DNA of 30,526 nt from Betaproteobacteria bacterium (lineage in GTDB: Bacteria > Pseudomonadota > Gammaproteobacteria > Burkholderiales > Casimicrobiaceae): contig VBDA01000152.1 in assembly GCA_005883655.1 (NCBI GenBank), positions 1 to 30,526 on the forward strand. The letters are read 5' to 3'. Position 1 is the stretch's first letter; every line of letters begins with the position of its first letter. A program made the position numbers and the translations under genes. Positions 29,496 through 30,526 of this stretch are shown in pieces. The notes under the pieces were generated by a model. It saw nothing but the letters and a program-made list of their open reading frames with translations, was not told where the DNA came from and made no database searches.

Positions 29496-30506
29496 CTAGT
29501 AAGACACCGATCCGGAAATCTGCAGCGGCCACGGGTAATTCCCCGACTGCACTCCTTGAGCGAGATAAAAGCGGTAGCTTAGCTGCGCCACCGACTCCGG
29601 ACCCGAATAAGCAGCGCGGACCGCGCCGCCGCCGGAACCGATTTCCACCGTCCGACCTATCCCCGTGACGCTCACGCGTTCGAATACGTTGGACCGGGAA
29701 TCGAAGTTCACCAGAAAGCCATTGCGATCGTTGGTTCGGGTTCGCAGGCTCGTTCCTGTGGAGACGTCGACGTAGCCACGCTGGATGTCTTGGGGAGTGA
29801 TCGTGAGCGATTGCTGCTGTTGCAGCACGTCGAGCTTAACGTAAGCACTCACCGTCGCCGAGACTCGCATCTGGGCGGATTTGGCTGAGGTCATCGCTCG
29901 CGCCTTGCCGGGCGTCAGCGACAACAGGAGCAGCGCCGCGAGCGCTGCGCTGACCAAGACACGTTGCAAGCTCAGGCCCTGAGCGACCTGTTCCTCCGAA
30001 GTATATCCCGCTTCGACCAAGGCTTCGCCGATGCGTTTTTTCGACCCACGCTGGCGACGGATGCCGTCCTGCAATTGCTCGAAAGTGATCTTGCCCGCGC
30101 TGACCAAGAGGTTACCCAGTTGTAGCGGACCGGCATGCTGGACTCCGGCTGTCCCGAGCCGCTCCTGAAAAGCGAGCAGCGCGCCAAGCTCCGGCTCAGT
30201 TAGCCAGCATTTCCTGACGAGGATCTCTCCCAGCTTTTCTCGGCCTTGTCGCTGCTCGGCCAACGCCAGATCGAGCTGCGGGCGCGTAATCCGGCCGGAC
30301 TTGACCAGCAACTCGCCGATGGGCTCGCGCGGACCGGCCGCAGTTTCAAGGATGTCTTCGACCCTGACCCATTGCGCGCAAATGCGCTCAACAAGGTGAC
30401 GCTGTTCCGGCGTCAACCCCATGGTGCCGATCAAGTCCTTCACAGGATCCTGATGCGAACTGGCGAGCGGCCCCGCTCGCGATGCCTCGTGCTTTGAAAT
30501 TGTCAT
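29496..30506 (-). CDS. Uncharacterised fusion: two tandem MshEN-type domains + internal signal/TM segment + exported pilin-like beta domain
   Basis: Four 24-aa half-motifs in two 24+5+24 pairs (P62-Q85/K91-Q114; Q129-Q152/R158-Q181). Hydrophobic segment RVLVSAALAALLLLSLTPGKARA (182-204) ends in A-x-A. A 132-aa beta-rich C-domain ends GNYPWPLQISGSVSY. RBS AAGGA upstream. Confidence 0.8.
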   Translation of the reverse strand: MTISKHEASRAGPLASSHQDPVKDLIGTMGLTPEQRHLVERICAQWVRVEDILETAAGPREPIGELLVKSGRITRPQLDLALAEQRQGREKLGEILVRKCWLTEPELGALLAFQERLGTAGVQHAGPLQLGNLLVSAGKITFEQLQDGIRRQRGSKKRIGEALVEAGYTSEEQVAQGLSLQRVLVSAALAALLLLSLTPGKARAMTSAKSAQMRVSATVSAYVKLDVLQQQQSLTITPQDIQRGYVDVSTGTSLRTRTNDRNGFLVNFDSRSNVFERVSVTGIGRTVEIGSGGGAVRAAYSGPESVAQLSYRFYLAQGVQSGNYPWPLQISGSVSY

Positions 30507-30526
30507 GCGCCTTTTTCCTTATTGCG

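Noticed and set aside
29892-29894. Independent pilin gene starting at the Met of MTSAKSAQ
   Set aside because: That Met follows the A-x-A site, so the product would have no signal peptide; the frame is open and continuous with the MshEN region.
1-30526. CRISPR arrays, IS elements, tRNA/rRNA, riboswitches
   Set aside because: Intergenic gaps are short (under 200 nt) and show no periodic repeats, transposase ORFs, cloverleaf or recognisable aptamer. A covariance-model (Rfam/Infernal) scan would be needed to fully exclude small RNAs.

Overview
GC-rich chromosomal window, probably betaproteobacterial (inferred from the STK/PP2C-yicC-gmk-rpoZ-spoT and pilGHIJ-chpA gene orders). Minus strand, read right to left: Ser/Thr kinase, PP2C, dnaQ, ppk1, sixA; then ilvA, the pilG-pilH-pilI-pilJ-chpA chemosensory cluster (sigma54-type promoter, strong terminator), an EF-G paralog (EF-G2), and a histidine-utilisation block hutU-hutD-hutI-hutF. 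That block is translationally coupled to an ornithine cyclodeaminase/mu-crystallin gene that the ORF track missed. Plus strand: ppx, and yicC-gmk-rpoZ-spoT. Five genes (hutF, hutD, chpA, pilH, ppk1) carry deletions, frameshifts or a stop codon; these are either assembly errors or real decay. The most unusual element is the last ORF (29496-30506). It fuses two complete 53-aa MshEN (c-di-GMP receptor-type) domains to an internal, apparently cleavable signal peptide and an exported domain resembling a chaperone-usher pilin, a candidate second-messenger-gated surface-fibre subunit. No tRNA, rRNA, CRISPR array or mobile element was recognised.
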